Of a stretch of 64,000 bases of DNA, positions 26,034 to 39,510 are shown in pieces. This DNA is from Lingula anatina. Taxonomy: Eukaryota > Animalia > Brachiopoda. The translations under genes and the position numbers were made by a program. Below the pieces are notes generated by a model. The model was not told the DNA's origin and searched no databases. It saw nothing but the letters and a program-made list of their open reading frames with translations. Position 1 is the first letter of the stretch. Each line of letters opens with the position of its first letter. Location: the NCBI GenBank assembly GCA_051362555.1, contig CM120641.1, forward strand, positions 30,758,401 through 30,822,400, given 5' to 3'.

Positions 26034-26818
26034 GCAGTAATGAATAAACTTAGAATAGTTATCATTGAAAGGAACATATTGATGGTTGTTTTCTTTGTCA
26101 TTTCCTGGGTAAAGTATGAAATGGCAATTTGCACTATTTAACACACATTGGTACTGTAGTGAAGATGTAGATGGCATCCTATTCAAATTGATTATTTTTT
26201 ATACCACTTGGGTACAGTCTTCTGTTGAGCATTTTTGTAATTCGAGTGTTTAGAAACACTTCTGTGGATTTTAGTTTATTTCTCTTGAACAATCTCCAAA
26301 CAGTGAAGGGAAACATGGAAGGAAGCAATTATTGCAAGTATTTTTTTGTTTGAAATGAAATGCAGTTTTAGTATAGCCCGGGAGCCACTGGCTCATATGA
26401 CGGTTATTTAGGAAAATATTAGATTTGGCCTCGTTTTCAAAAAGGGAGCGGATAGCTTTAAGAAAAAATGGTGGGAGAAGAAGGCATTGAGACAGGTAAG
26501 ATGTACATATACTGTATGTTTATACAATGACCAGTTGATTTATATACTAATAAATTCAATAAGACGATACAGCATATGCTTCAGTTACATTTTATACCCC
26601 AAAAGAATGTTCGTGTATCGATTTCTTTGAGTATTTTCTGAAGTTACATTCGTCTTCCAAAATGGCTGCACACAAAGCGGCATTGTAACTGTGTTTTTGA
26701 ATTGTGCCAAATGTAGATGGACTTTTTCCATAGTTTGACATTCATTTTTAAACAAAATTTTTGAGCACTGACCAAACCTGTAACTTGGTGGTTTTTGATA
26801 TTTCCAACGAGGTTTATA

Positions 26819-27350
26819 TACTGACAGTCGGTGAAAATGCATCAGAAAACTTTCTTGTACTTTTGTACCCTTGTACTTTTACCTAGAATTGATTCCAACC
26901 ATATAAACGAGTACAGATGCACTTATTTGGTCAAAAGAGAGTGGGCTGACCACTCGGATGTTTAAAATTTCCACTTTATTGATTTTGTGGTCAGCTGTTA
27001 CAAAATTATGTGTTTTTCCTGTTTTGTGATTGGTGTGAATTAATCAGGTTCAATATATGGTGATTAATTAAGCCTATTTAAGGTAGTCACCAAATCCAGT
27101 ATGACACATGACAAAAAAAGTAATGTGATGCCACGTCTGACACTGGAAGAGCAACTGGGGATGCTGGAGGCTGGGCGGAACCAAAGAGATTTGATCACGT
27201 GACCTTGCATTTTAATGATCTTTTCTGATCTTTATTTCACCTTGTGTGACTGAATAATGGGTCATATTTCACACGAAAACTTATTTTCTTAATGTGCCAA
27301 AGGAACTTAAAATACAAAAATAAATGATGCGTTTTCATTGACTATCAGTA
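26819..27350 (+). mobile_element. Internally deleted Tc1/mariner element
   Basis: TIRs tactgacagtcggtgaaaatgcatca / tgatgcgttttcattgactatcagta with TA flanks. Retains MPRLTLEEQLGMLEAG (Tc1-like N-terminus) at about 27128. Confidence 0.7.
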
Positions 27351-27372
27351 TATTTAGCGTATACGTAATCAA

Positions 27373-27416
<44 letters not shown>

Positions 27417-27600
27417 AGTGCTAGAGTATCTGCTGGATGTGTCAACAAAACTGTGGTTCTTTAGTTAGGAGAACAGATCCTAATGCTTTTGAGAATACGA
27501 CATCATACATTACATGTATGCATTGTTTTTTTTTGCCATACCTTTATTTTTGCCTTGCAAGTTGACTGCTATATATGCTCTCTTTCTCTCTCATCACACA

Positions 27601-27641
<41 letters not shown>

Positions 27642-30600
27642 GCGTACACATGGCTTATTAGTTTGTGAAAGAAAATTGTTTCATGAAATAAAAACCTTAT
27701 ATTTGTAAAACTATTCCTTTGTTTTAAGTTAGAAATGTTGTGTATTTTGTGAAACAAAATGTACCAGTACAATAATTAGTGTGGTAGTTGTGAACACTGT
27801 AGTTTGTAGACATGTACCCCAGTATGTATTTTCTACCAGCTTTATTACCAAGATAGTGATTTATTATTTATATTGATTTTAGTGTGCATGTTGTTGTGTG
27901 TGTGGAAAGACATTTGCAGTTAGAAAAGTGTTTTTATGTTACTTTTTAATTTGATATTTTTCTAGGCTTGAAGAACATGAATGGGACCAGGATTAATCAT
28001 TTTGCCATTCCTTGGCCTGCAATTATTATGACAGAAGCACCTATCATTTCCAAATGCTGTGTAGCATTGAGCACCGTCACAACCTCTGACATTCTTTTAA
28101 GAGATAGAAAATATTTTTGTGCTGTGCTAGCTGATGCTAATAATAATAATATTTATTGATCATCAGTATAACTAGTTTGTCATATTATTTTACGGGTAGG
28201 TTTGCACCATGCACCAAAAGTAGGGTATGTTAAGTTTAATGTGCAAGCTTTTGCATACATGACGTGACTTGTAGACCAAAATTATTCTTATAAAAACAAA
28301 AGTTATTTCAAATGCAAATATGGATTGGTACAGGAATAACTTGGTGTCGGTGAGAAAAGAACTGCTGACCTTGGGTAAATTTATAAAATATTATTTGTTA
28401 AAATTGGTCCTGTTTTTAAAAGTGGATGGTGTGTTTGTTGGCTAACTGTATATGTACTGATCTAGATGTGTAAAATATATCACCATATCAATGTTGCGAA
28501 AATAAAAAATAACACTTTTTGCCACAAATCTGCATGTATATTTGCAAAGCTTTAATCCCTGTTGGCTGTCACAATATTGATACTTTGTTGACTCATGTTA
28601 TAAAAGTTGCTCATATGTAAAAAATTTATAAATTGAGTCAATTGATAAAAAGTACTCATTTGTTTTTTGTCTTTTCATAAAAAGAAACTCATCAATCCGC
28701 CTCGTGTAATAGATAAGTGCTTATTTACAAAGAAAAAATATGAGATAATTATATTTTCATTTTTCCCATTCTTCCTGTGCAAGTTTTGTTTCTCTATATA
28801 GACAATATTGTGCGAAGAATAATCCAAAACGAAGCTAGATTAGAATGTACTAAGTCAAAACGAGGCTGGCACATGGATATTGCAAGTACGACTTTTTTCT
28901 GCATAGGCCTACTCTGCTGTGAATTGATTTGTGCCAATGCTGGATGAAGGTAAAGTTCCTTACATGTTTACATTGACATGAAGCTGAATAAATTTGCCAC
29001 AACTTGCTGTAATTTAAAATTCCGACCTGTTCTCTAAGAATGCAAGCACTGGAGATAAAGTTAAATTTCCGTACATAAGGAAACTCTTATACCCTTAATA
29101 GCGAGATATTCCACCTTTTCTGACATCCTATAATTAAAAAAAAATTTCCCATTTCAAAAATCTATAACTTCCGGGTTTTTTTTAAACCACCTAGCGTCAG
29201 ACCGGTGGGTCCCGGGCTGGTAATGTTTTTATGTACAGACACAGATGTGTCTGTACATATAGCCGTCACCTGCGTCTGTCGTCGCCGTTGCCGTTGCCGT
29301 TGGCGTGCACTTTTACTGTAAACACGATAAGTGGAAAACGGTTTTACGTTTTGACTTGAAACTTACAGAACTGATGAATATTCATAATATTCAGGTCAAG
29401 TTCGAAAATCAGCATGATCGGGCCATTTTTAGGGAAGTTATGCTGTTTTTTCACTTTTTCCAGCATATATGCAACACCGTAAACACGATAAGTGGAAAAC
29501 CGTTTTACCTTTTGGTTTGAAACTTAAAGAACTGATGAATTTGTATAATACGCAGGTCAAGTTCGAAAATCAGCATGATAGGGTCATTTTTAGGGAAGTT
29601 TTGCTTTTTTTCACTTTTTTCAGCATATATGCAACACCGTAAACACGATAAGTGGAAAACCGTTTTACCTTTTGGTTTGAAACTTACAGAACTGATGAAT
29701 TTGTATAATACGCAGGTCAAGTTCGAAAATCAGCATTATCGGGTCATTTTTAAGGAAGTTTTGCTTTTTTTATGTACAGACACAGATGTGTCTGTACATA
29801 AAAAAAGACACAGATGTGTCTGTACATATAGCCGTCACCTGCGTCTGTCGTCGCCGTTGCCGTTGGCGTGCACTTTAACCGTAAACACGATAAGTGGAAA
29901 ACGGTTTTACGTTTTGACTTGAAACTTATAGAACTGATGAATAATCATAATATTCAGGTCAAGTTCGAAAATCAGCATGATCGGGCCATCTTTAGGGAAG
30001 TTATGCTGGTTTTTCACTTTTTTCAGCATAAATGCAACACCGTAAACACGATAAGTGGAAAACCGTTTTACCTTTTGGTTTGAAACTTACAGAACTGATG
30101 AATTTGTATAATACGCAGGTCAACTTCGAAAATCAGCATGATCGGGTCATTTTTAGGGAAGTTTTGCTTTTTTTTCACTTTTTTCAGCATATATGCAACA
30201 CCGTAAACACGATAAATGGAAAACCGTTTTACCTTTTGGTTTGAAACTTACAGAACTGATGAATATTTATAATACGCAGGTCAAGTTCGAAAATCATGAT
30301 TGGGTCATTTTTAGGGAAGTTATGCTTTTTTTCACATTTTCTCTGATTCAATTCTTAGGCATGTTAATAGTCTCATTATTGAACTAATAAGATATGTAAA
30401 AGTGTTTTTTTGACATTTCCTGCATCTTTACAACATTGTTAGTTGATTATGTAAAAATGATGGTAAACTTGTTATCGTGTATTGTGTAATGAAGTGTCAA
30501 AAATGGAAATAAACACATATCATTGCAGTTTGTCAGATTCAATCATCCACTATGTTCAGAATCTCAGAATGGAGGAAACTGGACATTTAATACTGTTCTA

Positions 30601-32167
30601 TTGATATTTTTCCCATCTCATCAATTTTCTTAGTTGGTCATATAAAAATGGCAGTAAACTGTTAATTTTGTTTTATGTTAAAAAAGTGTTAAAAATGGAA
30701 ATAAACCCATTTCAGAAAAGTGCTGTCTTGTTTACATTTTGGCATTTTCAAGATGTGACTTTGAAGTTCCATGGGCCTGAAGACCTTTGCTAGTCACATT
30801 TTCTGAATATCCATGATACTAATATTTTATTATTAAAAATTGATGGTCATTATGCTGTTAAACATTATGTAATGTTACATTAAAATTTGAAGAAACCCCT
30901 ATTTTTGGCACTGCTCCCATGATGAGCACTTCAGGAAAATCATGTCACTTACTGTTCTCAAACTTACAGGAAAGAAACATGGGACTAAAATACAGCTTCA
31001 GTAGGAAATGTAGTCTGTTTGGTAAATTTTTCTGGCAGTTAAACAGTTTTTTGTGAAAATTTCATTTTTCACATATTGGCATTTTCAAGGTGTGACTTAG
31101 AACCTCCATGGGCTTGAAGACCCATGCTAGTCACATTTTCTGAAAATCCATGATACGTATATATTATTATTAAAAATTGATGGTCATTATGCTGTTAAGC
31201 ATTATGTAATGTTGCATCAAAACAGAAGAAAACACAATTTTTGGTGCTGCTGCCATGATGACCATTATGGGAAAACCATGTTACTTATGACTGTCAAACT
31301 TTCAAAAAAGAAACACAGGACTAAAATGCAGCCTGAGTTGGAAAAGCAGTCTAATTGGCTTCTTTTTCTGGAAGTTATACATTTTAGTGAAAAATTCATT
31401 ATTATCGTGTTGGCATATTCATTGTGGGACTCGGAGCTCCCATGGACATGAAGCCGAATAGTAATCAAATTTTCTAAATGCCCATGCTATTTATAGTCAA
31501 TAATCAAAAATTGGTGATAATTATTATATAATTTATTATGTAATGTTACATCAAAATTGACAAAAATCTTTTTGCACTGCTACTGCAAACATTATGAAAA
31601 GAAAACTGTGTTACTTATTATTATTTTTAACTTACAAGTATGATTCTTAGGATTGGCATGCAGTTCAAATTAGAAAGCCAGCTCAATTGGGTTATCTTTT
31701 ATCATTGAATTCATGCAATTTTGTGTGAAATTTTCATTTTTCTCATTCTGGCACTTTCAAAGTATAAACTTGAACTCTGATGGGCCTGAAGCCTTATGCT
31801 TTTACTTTCGTTGGTGTTACCAGTTGTGCATAATTAAAATTTGATGTTGACTGTGCAGTTAAACATAATGTATTATTGCATCAGAATTGGTAGTCTCCTA
31901 TTTTGTGCATTATTGTTATGTGCTTTTCTTAAGATGTGACTTATGGGCCTGAAAGATCTTTGAGAGGGTCAGTCTGTAAATTTCCCTTGGGTATCACTTA
32001 GCTAAGTTCAGAGTTATAAAGTCATTAATAGGCCATTAAATGAGATTACATAAAGCACACTTGTTGATATTTCCCTGTAAACTCCCAAAGGTTAAGCTCT
32101 CTGCTAGATTAATAATAAGTAAGCAGTGATAATTATGCAGGTAAATTTTGTTTAATATTGCAAATAA

Positions 32168-32174
<7 letters not shown>

Positions 32175-32246
<72 letters not shown>
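32175..32246. repeat. (AT)n microsatellite; others at ~7593-7640 and 17736-17799, and (GT/CA)n at 10230, 10362, 14241, 14984, 27604 and 38687
   Basis: Directly visible. Confidence 0.95.
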
Positions 32247-32251
<5 letters not shown>

Positions 32252-32289
32252 GATTAAAAGTTTGAATGGTAGCATCATTGGAATTATAT

Positions 32290-32487
32290 TTACCTCTGCC
32301 AAGGAGGTTATGTTTTCACCCCTGTTTGTCTGTCATCAACATAACTCAAAAAGTTACGGACCGATTTTGATGAAATTTTCAGGAACTGTCAGAAGTGGGC
32401 AAGGAGGACAATGATTATAATCAATCAATAATAATCAACAATTGCTGTCTTGGCAGAGGTCTGCGCTCTTGGAGTGCTTTTCTAGTT
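32290..32487 (+). mobile_element. Short HINE/DINE-like element (family C) nested in HINE A
   Basis: subTIRs acctctgccaag / cttggcagaggt, hairpin gcgctc-ttg-gagtgc, and a CTAGTT end. Confidence 0.75.
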
Positions 32488-34507
32488 TTGTTATGTTTTC
32501 CTTTTTAATTTCTTCTCAAACACTGGCATTTGTGACTTTTAACTCTCATCTGCCTGAGGCTCTGCACATTTTCTATATTTCCACATAAGCAGTCGTATTG
32601 TTTTTTATGTCTTTAAACATTATGTAATATTATTTTATGCACTGTCATCATTTTTCAAATACTGAGACTTTCATCATGAGAATTTGAACTCTCATGGTCC
32701 TGAAACTGTAATCTTACTGAAGGGGTGGATTGAGATCATCTTCTGGGTCTTCCGGAAGACGGTCAGGTTATTAAGTTTATATTGACTGGTATCTATTTTT
32801 TTCTGTTGGAAGACCATAAAAATGGAGGATGGATCAACATAGATACTTTGGAATACTGTCAGAAAATATCTCTGGGTTCGCTCCTGTTATTGACCATGGT
32901 ACCTGTTGTGCATGATTAAAATTCAGTGTTGACTGACAGTGCTATTATAAGCATTATTTATTATTGCATCAAAATTGACAAAATGACCTATTTTGCATCT
33001 TTATTTTCTGTTTTTTGTCTGTACATTTGACAGCTTTGCTGCCTTGTTTATATAAATTTTTAATGGCATACTTTTCTTAGCTTCAGAACATTTCAAGTAT
33101 AAATGCTTCTGACACTACAATAGGCCTATTAATTCAATAATACTTATTTTTGGAGTGTATTTTTTCATTGCCAACAAATTACATTAGGCCCTACATTTTT
33201 TTAAACAGCTGCACTGGCTTTAAGTTAGGGCACGGGTCTTAATTAAATTTAAGCTATTGTTCATACAATATTTTACCAGTCACCCAGTCCTTACTGTACT
33301 AAGTCCAAAAGTATATTCTAAATGGTAACTTAAGATCATATAATAAATAACTTCTTACACCATGTAAATAACCGAATTTGTCTTGAAATAATAGCAAAAA
33401 ATACATCTTTTCTGTCAATATTGTTCTAACTCCCGGTTTTTATTATCAGTTCATGATCATGGTTTGTCATTCTTAATTTGCAGAGTATAATTTATCTTGA
33501 TCTCCCAGTGTTAGTGTGTGTGTCGTTCAAATTCACAATATATTTAAAGAATATTAAAAATAAATATTCCGTTGTAGTTTTCCTTATATCTGATCAACAG
33601 TGTATTGTATATAAAATGCAAAAAAGGGTACACAGTAAAAAACGCGTTCTGGGAAGGGCAGAGAAATATGGGGAAAAGAGGATCTTAATAAAGTTGAAGT
33701 ATTTTCCGTTTATACAGTCCATAAAAGTGTCTTATTTTTCTTCCAGTAGGCGTTTATATGTGTACCACAGGCGGTACAAATAACCGCCAACCTGTGCATA
33801 GTTACTGTAGGCCTACTCCCGCTCCACCAAGCATTTTCCTCAGCTAGCCTATGACCCAGAAGATATAATTATAAAGAGGCCCTTTTTTCAAAAAAACATA
33901 TCGGTCAAAAAACATATTATTCGTGATGAGACAAAAAAAAAAAAAAAAAAAAAAAAAAAACTGAAGCAACTCTGCTTGTACCTATGTAAATTGTATCGAA
34001 TTCCGGGCTGTTGTGCAAATGGACCAAATTTATCCAGAGTGGACATTTTCCCAACAAACAGAGTTATTTCGAACAGCTCGACCCACCCCACCCCCACCCA
34101 CCCAACTTGGCTACGAACCCGATTATGGGTACTGATACCTAAAATCGTTGAGATTCGGATTTTGTCTTCGGAAAGTGGAACATTAAGTGACACCGTTTCA
34201 AAATAAACGTTATCTTATTCATTTATCTTTTCATCACCATCACTGGAGGATCCAGTTAAGGTGCAAATAACCTGACGTGTTAGCCTAGCTGCTACAAGGG
34301 AGGACTCTAGTCAAATGTTGCATTTTCTTAAATTACAAGAAACATCTTGAAAAAACAAAAAATATTTTTAAGATTTGGCATTAACTCTTTGCATTTAGAC
34401 CCCCTACAAAAAATACTGCAGGCAATGCCGAACTTTCTCCATTCTTAGTTCACACAGCTGTACTCGCCTAGTGTAGAAATGGCACATGAAATACAACTAT
34501 GTACCTC

Positions 34508-34775
34508 ACGTAGAGAAGGCCGTGGGGAGGGGCAGGGACGTGGAGAAGGCCGTGGGGAGGGGCAGGGACGTGGAGAAGGCCGTGGGGAGGGGCAGGGACG
34601 TGGAGAAGGCTGCAGGGAGGGGCAGGGACGTGGAGAAGGCCGTGGGGAGGGGCAGGGACGCGGAGAAGGTCGTGGGGAAGGGCAGGGACGTGGAGAAGGC
34701 CGTGGGGAGGGGCAGGAACGCGGAGAAGGCTATGGGGAGGGGCAGGGACTTGGAGAAGGCCCCGGGGAGGGGCGG
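34508..34775. repeat. 30-bp G-rich minisatellite, about 9 copies
   Basis: Unit cgtggggaggggcagggacgtggagaaggc. Confidence 0.95.
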
Positions 34776-36535
34776 GGTGCGGTCAATACACACTCTATAC
34801 ATCAGGCTTTGAGTTTTTAATGATGGTAATGGGTCAGTCTTGGCTGTTTACATGTTTCTCGGACAATCCCTTCAAGACAACCCCCAGAAAAAATACTCTG
34901 GTTTTGAATTATCTATATTATACATCTGTTTCATTAAAACATTTCTTGTTTATCCACCCCTGCCTGAAGACAGAATTTTATTAAAAACAGGCATTTATAA
35001 TTTTTCTCAATATGATATTTTCATTCTCATTATTATATTAATTACAGGGGGAATGTCCGGGAGAGGGAGGGGGGGTCCTGATTACCTAGATAGATTTTTG
35101 AGCTCTAAGATTATCTAAAGACGAGGATGAATAAGAAAATTTGAAGCTTTTTTTCAAATAATACGTCCATGAAATTTTTGGGAAGACAAGGATTAAGAAA
35201 TTTTAGTTGACTTATCAACTTTATCATTTATGACAGCAGTTTCAATTAAATTTTTGTGCAGCGTATGTGCAAATGAAGCGTTCCGCGTGTTTCGACAGTG
35301 ATTTCCTTGGTAGATACACAGCGTGGTGAGCTGCCGAGTTCTATTAGTCTGTGGTTTGGGACAAGTTGAAGGCAGAATCCATGGACATGATCCCAGAGCT
35401 GCGGTTATCTGTCGCTGGGATCGTGAACTAAACGTTATCTGAAAAAGACATGGAAACAAAACTTAAAATTCTGCTGATACACACCATTATTCAATCTTGC
35501 GTTTTAATAAAACGTGATCACAACTCTTAATTGATCTAGTTCGGTGTTTCGAATATTATATAGTATTGAAAATATGCAGTTTCGGACAAAGTTCACAATT
35601 TCACACCTGTTTTAATCCAGACACGAAGTCTGGGGGGTACCTCCCTCTTGTGGTGTACGGCAGATAGCATGTGCGTGCATTTCAATGATTGGAGTGTTTG
35701 AAGGGGAATGTGGTTGGGTGGGGAGGATAACGGGGATGGATGTAGGAGAGAGGAAGGGAGACATACAAAAAGGTCAGTTCGTTACAACAGTCGACCTACC
35801 TCACGGGGAACAGATATCCTCAAGCTGTCCCCGACAGCACGTTGAGTCTAAGAGATTTCTGGAAACTCACCTCAGCATACCTCTGGAGCGATGTAAGTTG
35901 TACATTGTAGAACCAGTACATGTAGTAGTTGTAGTACAGGAATTGACAGGAATTGACAAATTTCAGGATCCGTGGATGAATCGTAATCAGTTCGTGGAGT
36001 TCTTAACAGATTCGTATATAATCGTAGTCAGTTCTTGCAATTCTTGATCAATCGGGAATTCGTGGCAAAAATGTTGAGCTGTTCAAAATTTTGGCCTCGA
36101 ACTCCCGATTCCAAAAAAATCATAGTGAATTCTTGACAATATTCGTTCGATTCCAGCCGAATCCCACGAATATTCGTAACACTACCGCACCTGTATCGTA
36201 ACTGAATCGTAGAGCGTGTCGAATTAGGCCAGAAAATTTGCAAAATCTCACGAATCCTCACGAATCCTGAAATTTGGCGATTCGTGGGATCGTGGTCTGT
36301 GTGAAATAGGGGAATAAATACAGTTAAACAAACCAAATGATCAATGTGCGGATCTCGTTACATCACGCTTATATCATACAGCAACAAGGAGACAAATTAC
36401 CTCTAAATCAGAAAGCTCATTTTTCGGACTTTGTTGTAGCACGTATTAGTAATAGTAAACACAGAGTATATTTAACCCTGGAATTTAACTTAAAATGTGT
36501 AAAAGACCGATTTCGCACACACACATACATAAACA

Positions 36536-36566
<31 letters not shown>

Positions 36567-37273
36567 AAATTACATAAGACCAAAACATTTAGAAATTGCA
36601 CGCATAATTCCCCGACAAATATAGTTAATTTTTTTCAAATATCCAATCTTGGGTTACATTTGTGGTACATGTAATGTCCGTATGGTGTCCTTGCATTACC
36701 CATATGCTACTCGTGGGGCATCCGTTACTTAACTTCAAGGTCATGTGGGAGAAATGGTACGGCGCCCGTACCGAACGTAAGCATGCTAGTCCATAGACAC
36801 TTACAGTACAAAAATAAGGAAAATTAATTTCTATTTCATCGTACGGCGTCTGTGAAAAATGTAACCTAAGCTTTAGTAGAACGTAAATCTTTACACCTAA
36901 TGCTTTCGTTTATAGCCGTTTTAATCTTTTTTATTATGGCAGGTGTGATTTTTTGCATTTTTGCCCAGAAATTGACTAGTTTCTGACAATAATGATGATA
37001 CCCCCCCACACACACACATTAACAATCTCCGACATATGTTCTAAGATATTTTTGTAAAATTTAATCATCCGTAAGGATGTTCCTGCTCATAAATGAATTA
37101 TTTTGTTTTCCGATTTTATTTGTCTCAGATAAACCTGTTTTAAATATTTTTCTCTCCCCCTCCCTCTCTCGCTCGTTTTCTTAATCTTTGTTGCTAACAT
37201 AAAATATGTTCTCTTTCACCGTGAAGACATTTCATATGAGCAATCTCAGTAAATACGGGAAATGAGCCATAGG

Positions 37274-37418
37274 CTTCCCTCTACCAAGGCCGCAGTTATT
37301 ATGCTGTGGATAGGCCTATTATTTGCTTTTACAGTACAGAGATAAGCCATCTGTTTAACCAGAGATGCATCTTTTAATATCTAGTGAAAAATCAATCTAT
37401 GGCCCTGGTAGAGGGTAG
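37274..37418. mobile_element. Short MITE of the same family as 24005-24451
   Basis: cttccctctaccaaggccgcagttatta ... aaaatcaatctatggccctggtagagggtag; flanks ccatagg / ccagagg. Confidence 0.65.
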
Positions 37419-38682
37419 CCAGAGGCTGCGGTGCGTTGATTTTGATGCTGTCTCAACCATGATTGTGACGGACTCCACAAATATCAGCCAATTGTGTTTG
37501 GGAAGACAACGCGAGACGGGGAGGGGGATGAAATGTTTATAAAGAAATTACCTAATAAATCAATGGAAATGAAAACATGCTATTTTAGTTTAAATTAGAT
37601 GTCGACGAATCTTTAAGCAGAGAGAGTTGGATTAACCGTTAAAAGGAAATATGTTGAAATAAAACGGCACTAAAATGATGGGTGGAGGGTATGATGATGG
37701 TATGAAAGGTTTGGGAGAGTCGGGGAAATTGAGTTCTGAGAGCGTTCGGGTGTTTACTGGTGTCTTTTAACTTTAACACACCAGTTTATTCAAACTTTTG
37801 CAGCTTTTGTCTTTAAAAATCCCTGTACAGATTATTTTTTAAATTTATGTAACCACCGTATGTTTCAGCTATAGTAATTCCTAAAGGTGAACTTAAAATA
37901 CATGACGTCTATTTAGAAAGAGCGCCATTTCAAAAATCGCAGCACTGGAAAATTAACTGGCAAAGCGTGAACGATACGAAAGGAACTAAAATTAAAATGG
38001 GCTAAAAATGGAACATAAACTGCCGACTGAATTTACTTGGAGTCAAAGTTTGCTATTTTTGAACTACACAAACTGTCAGCTTTAATTTTCACATCAAGTA
38101 TGTTTGCCGACTTGCTCGAAATATTCACATTTTCATTTATGCACTGGGACCTATTTGCGTGACAATCCAGAATATATACATCAGAAAACATAAAACAGAA
38201 GTGGTAATGAATGAGCCGAATTGCCGAACTGTCAACATTGGCAATGGACTAAAATAGTACGGTTTGAAGGGCAGAAAGATAATTTTATCTTATTTTTAAA
38301 TTAAAAATGAATTTGTTACGAAGTGACATATTTGGGACTTCACAAAGAAATCTGAACAATATTTCAAAAATGTTCCAGTAACATAAAAAGTTAGGCTAAC
38401 GACTGAGTGTCACCTCTACCTGAGGTGTGCAATAAGCCACACAACGCAGACTGAAATATCGGGGCGCAAAAATTGACTTGTTTTAATTATTGATTAAAAC
38501 AGGCTGTTAGTACGACCAAGTTGTAAAACAGCCGGTAAAACTCTTGAAACATTGAAAGACTTGAATTGGACTATAATAAATATTTTAATTGCCTATTTAA
38601 TTTTTCTATATCATTTTGTATAGTCAAAGTATTTTAGCAAACTGCTGACAACTCATTTATTACCGAGGCGTTTCTTTCCACT

Positions 38683-38718
<36 letters not shown>

Positions 38719-39510
38719 GTGGGGGATGTAGGTCTTGCGCGGGAATCTCCCTCTCTGGCAATTGTCAATATTGACAGGTATGTAATGGTCCGGGAGAATA
38801 TAGGAAGTTGAGTTACAACAGGGTTAATGCTACAGTATTTGACCTCAGAGTCTGTCTCATCATGATTGTGACGGTGTCCATGAAAATCATCATATTGTGC
38901 TAGTGAAGACAACGATAAATGATAGAGGGCGCTGATATGATCATTTTCATATAATTTCTCCGGAGTATAGTAAAAAAAAAATTAAAATACTAAAAACTTT
39001 TTGTACTAAATGGTTACACTTATTTCAAAACTGTCTAAATTTCTTGAATTTCATTTATATGACTAAAGAGTACCATGTAACAGTGATAACTGTGCTTGAA
39101 GCCCCTGCATGCGATAGATTTTTTTACTCTGGGAATTCACGTCGAGACGTTGTCTAGGATCAAGAAGCCGAACAACTAAAGCTAATTATCTGTAAAATTT
39201 TACCTCTTTATAATAACACGCTTTATATTAATGATCATCGGTCTATTTGATCAATGTTTTTATCAAGCTTTATTATTTTCTCTCGTAGCGACTCATAATA
39301 TATCATAATATAACCCAGTAAGTTTGAGAATTGAAAAAAAAAAAAAAAAACACGGTTATCAATTTAGTGCCATAACAGTGAAATATGCACGGTGACGACG
39401 ACGGACGCAGGCGATGGCGATGTATATATACACATATACACTGCATGCGACTTTTGGTAGGCCCCAGATATATAAAGTTTTTTAAGTCGGGCCTAGTCCG
39501 TAGTACTATA

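Larger units (their letters stand above)
29227..33049 (+). mobile_element. Full-length HINE-like family A element with 160-bp tandem units
   Basis: 5' perfect palindrome atgtacagacaca-ga-tgtgtctgtacat (29231-29258) and (cgc/cgt)n microsatellite. Units at 29321, 29481, 29641, 29883, 30044 and 30206. 3' subTIR tgtctgtacat (33016-33026) plus the cagc-ttt-gctg hairpin; T-rich flanks. Confidence 0.85.

Noticed and set aside
29305-30387. Repeated HRKHDKWKTVL ORFs
   Set aside because: Translations of the 160-bp non-coding unit; the period is not a multiple of 3.
34479-34820. GRGEG-repeat ORFs
   Set aside because: Several frames on both strands are open because of a 30-bp VNTR; no unique coding flanks or clear splice sites.
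35340-35445. AAVICR peptide resembling an SRCR fragment
   Set aside because: No other SRCR motifs (GTVC, W, LG) in frame and no splice signals.
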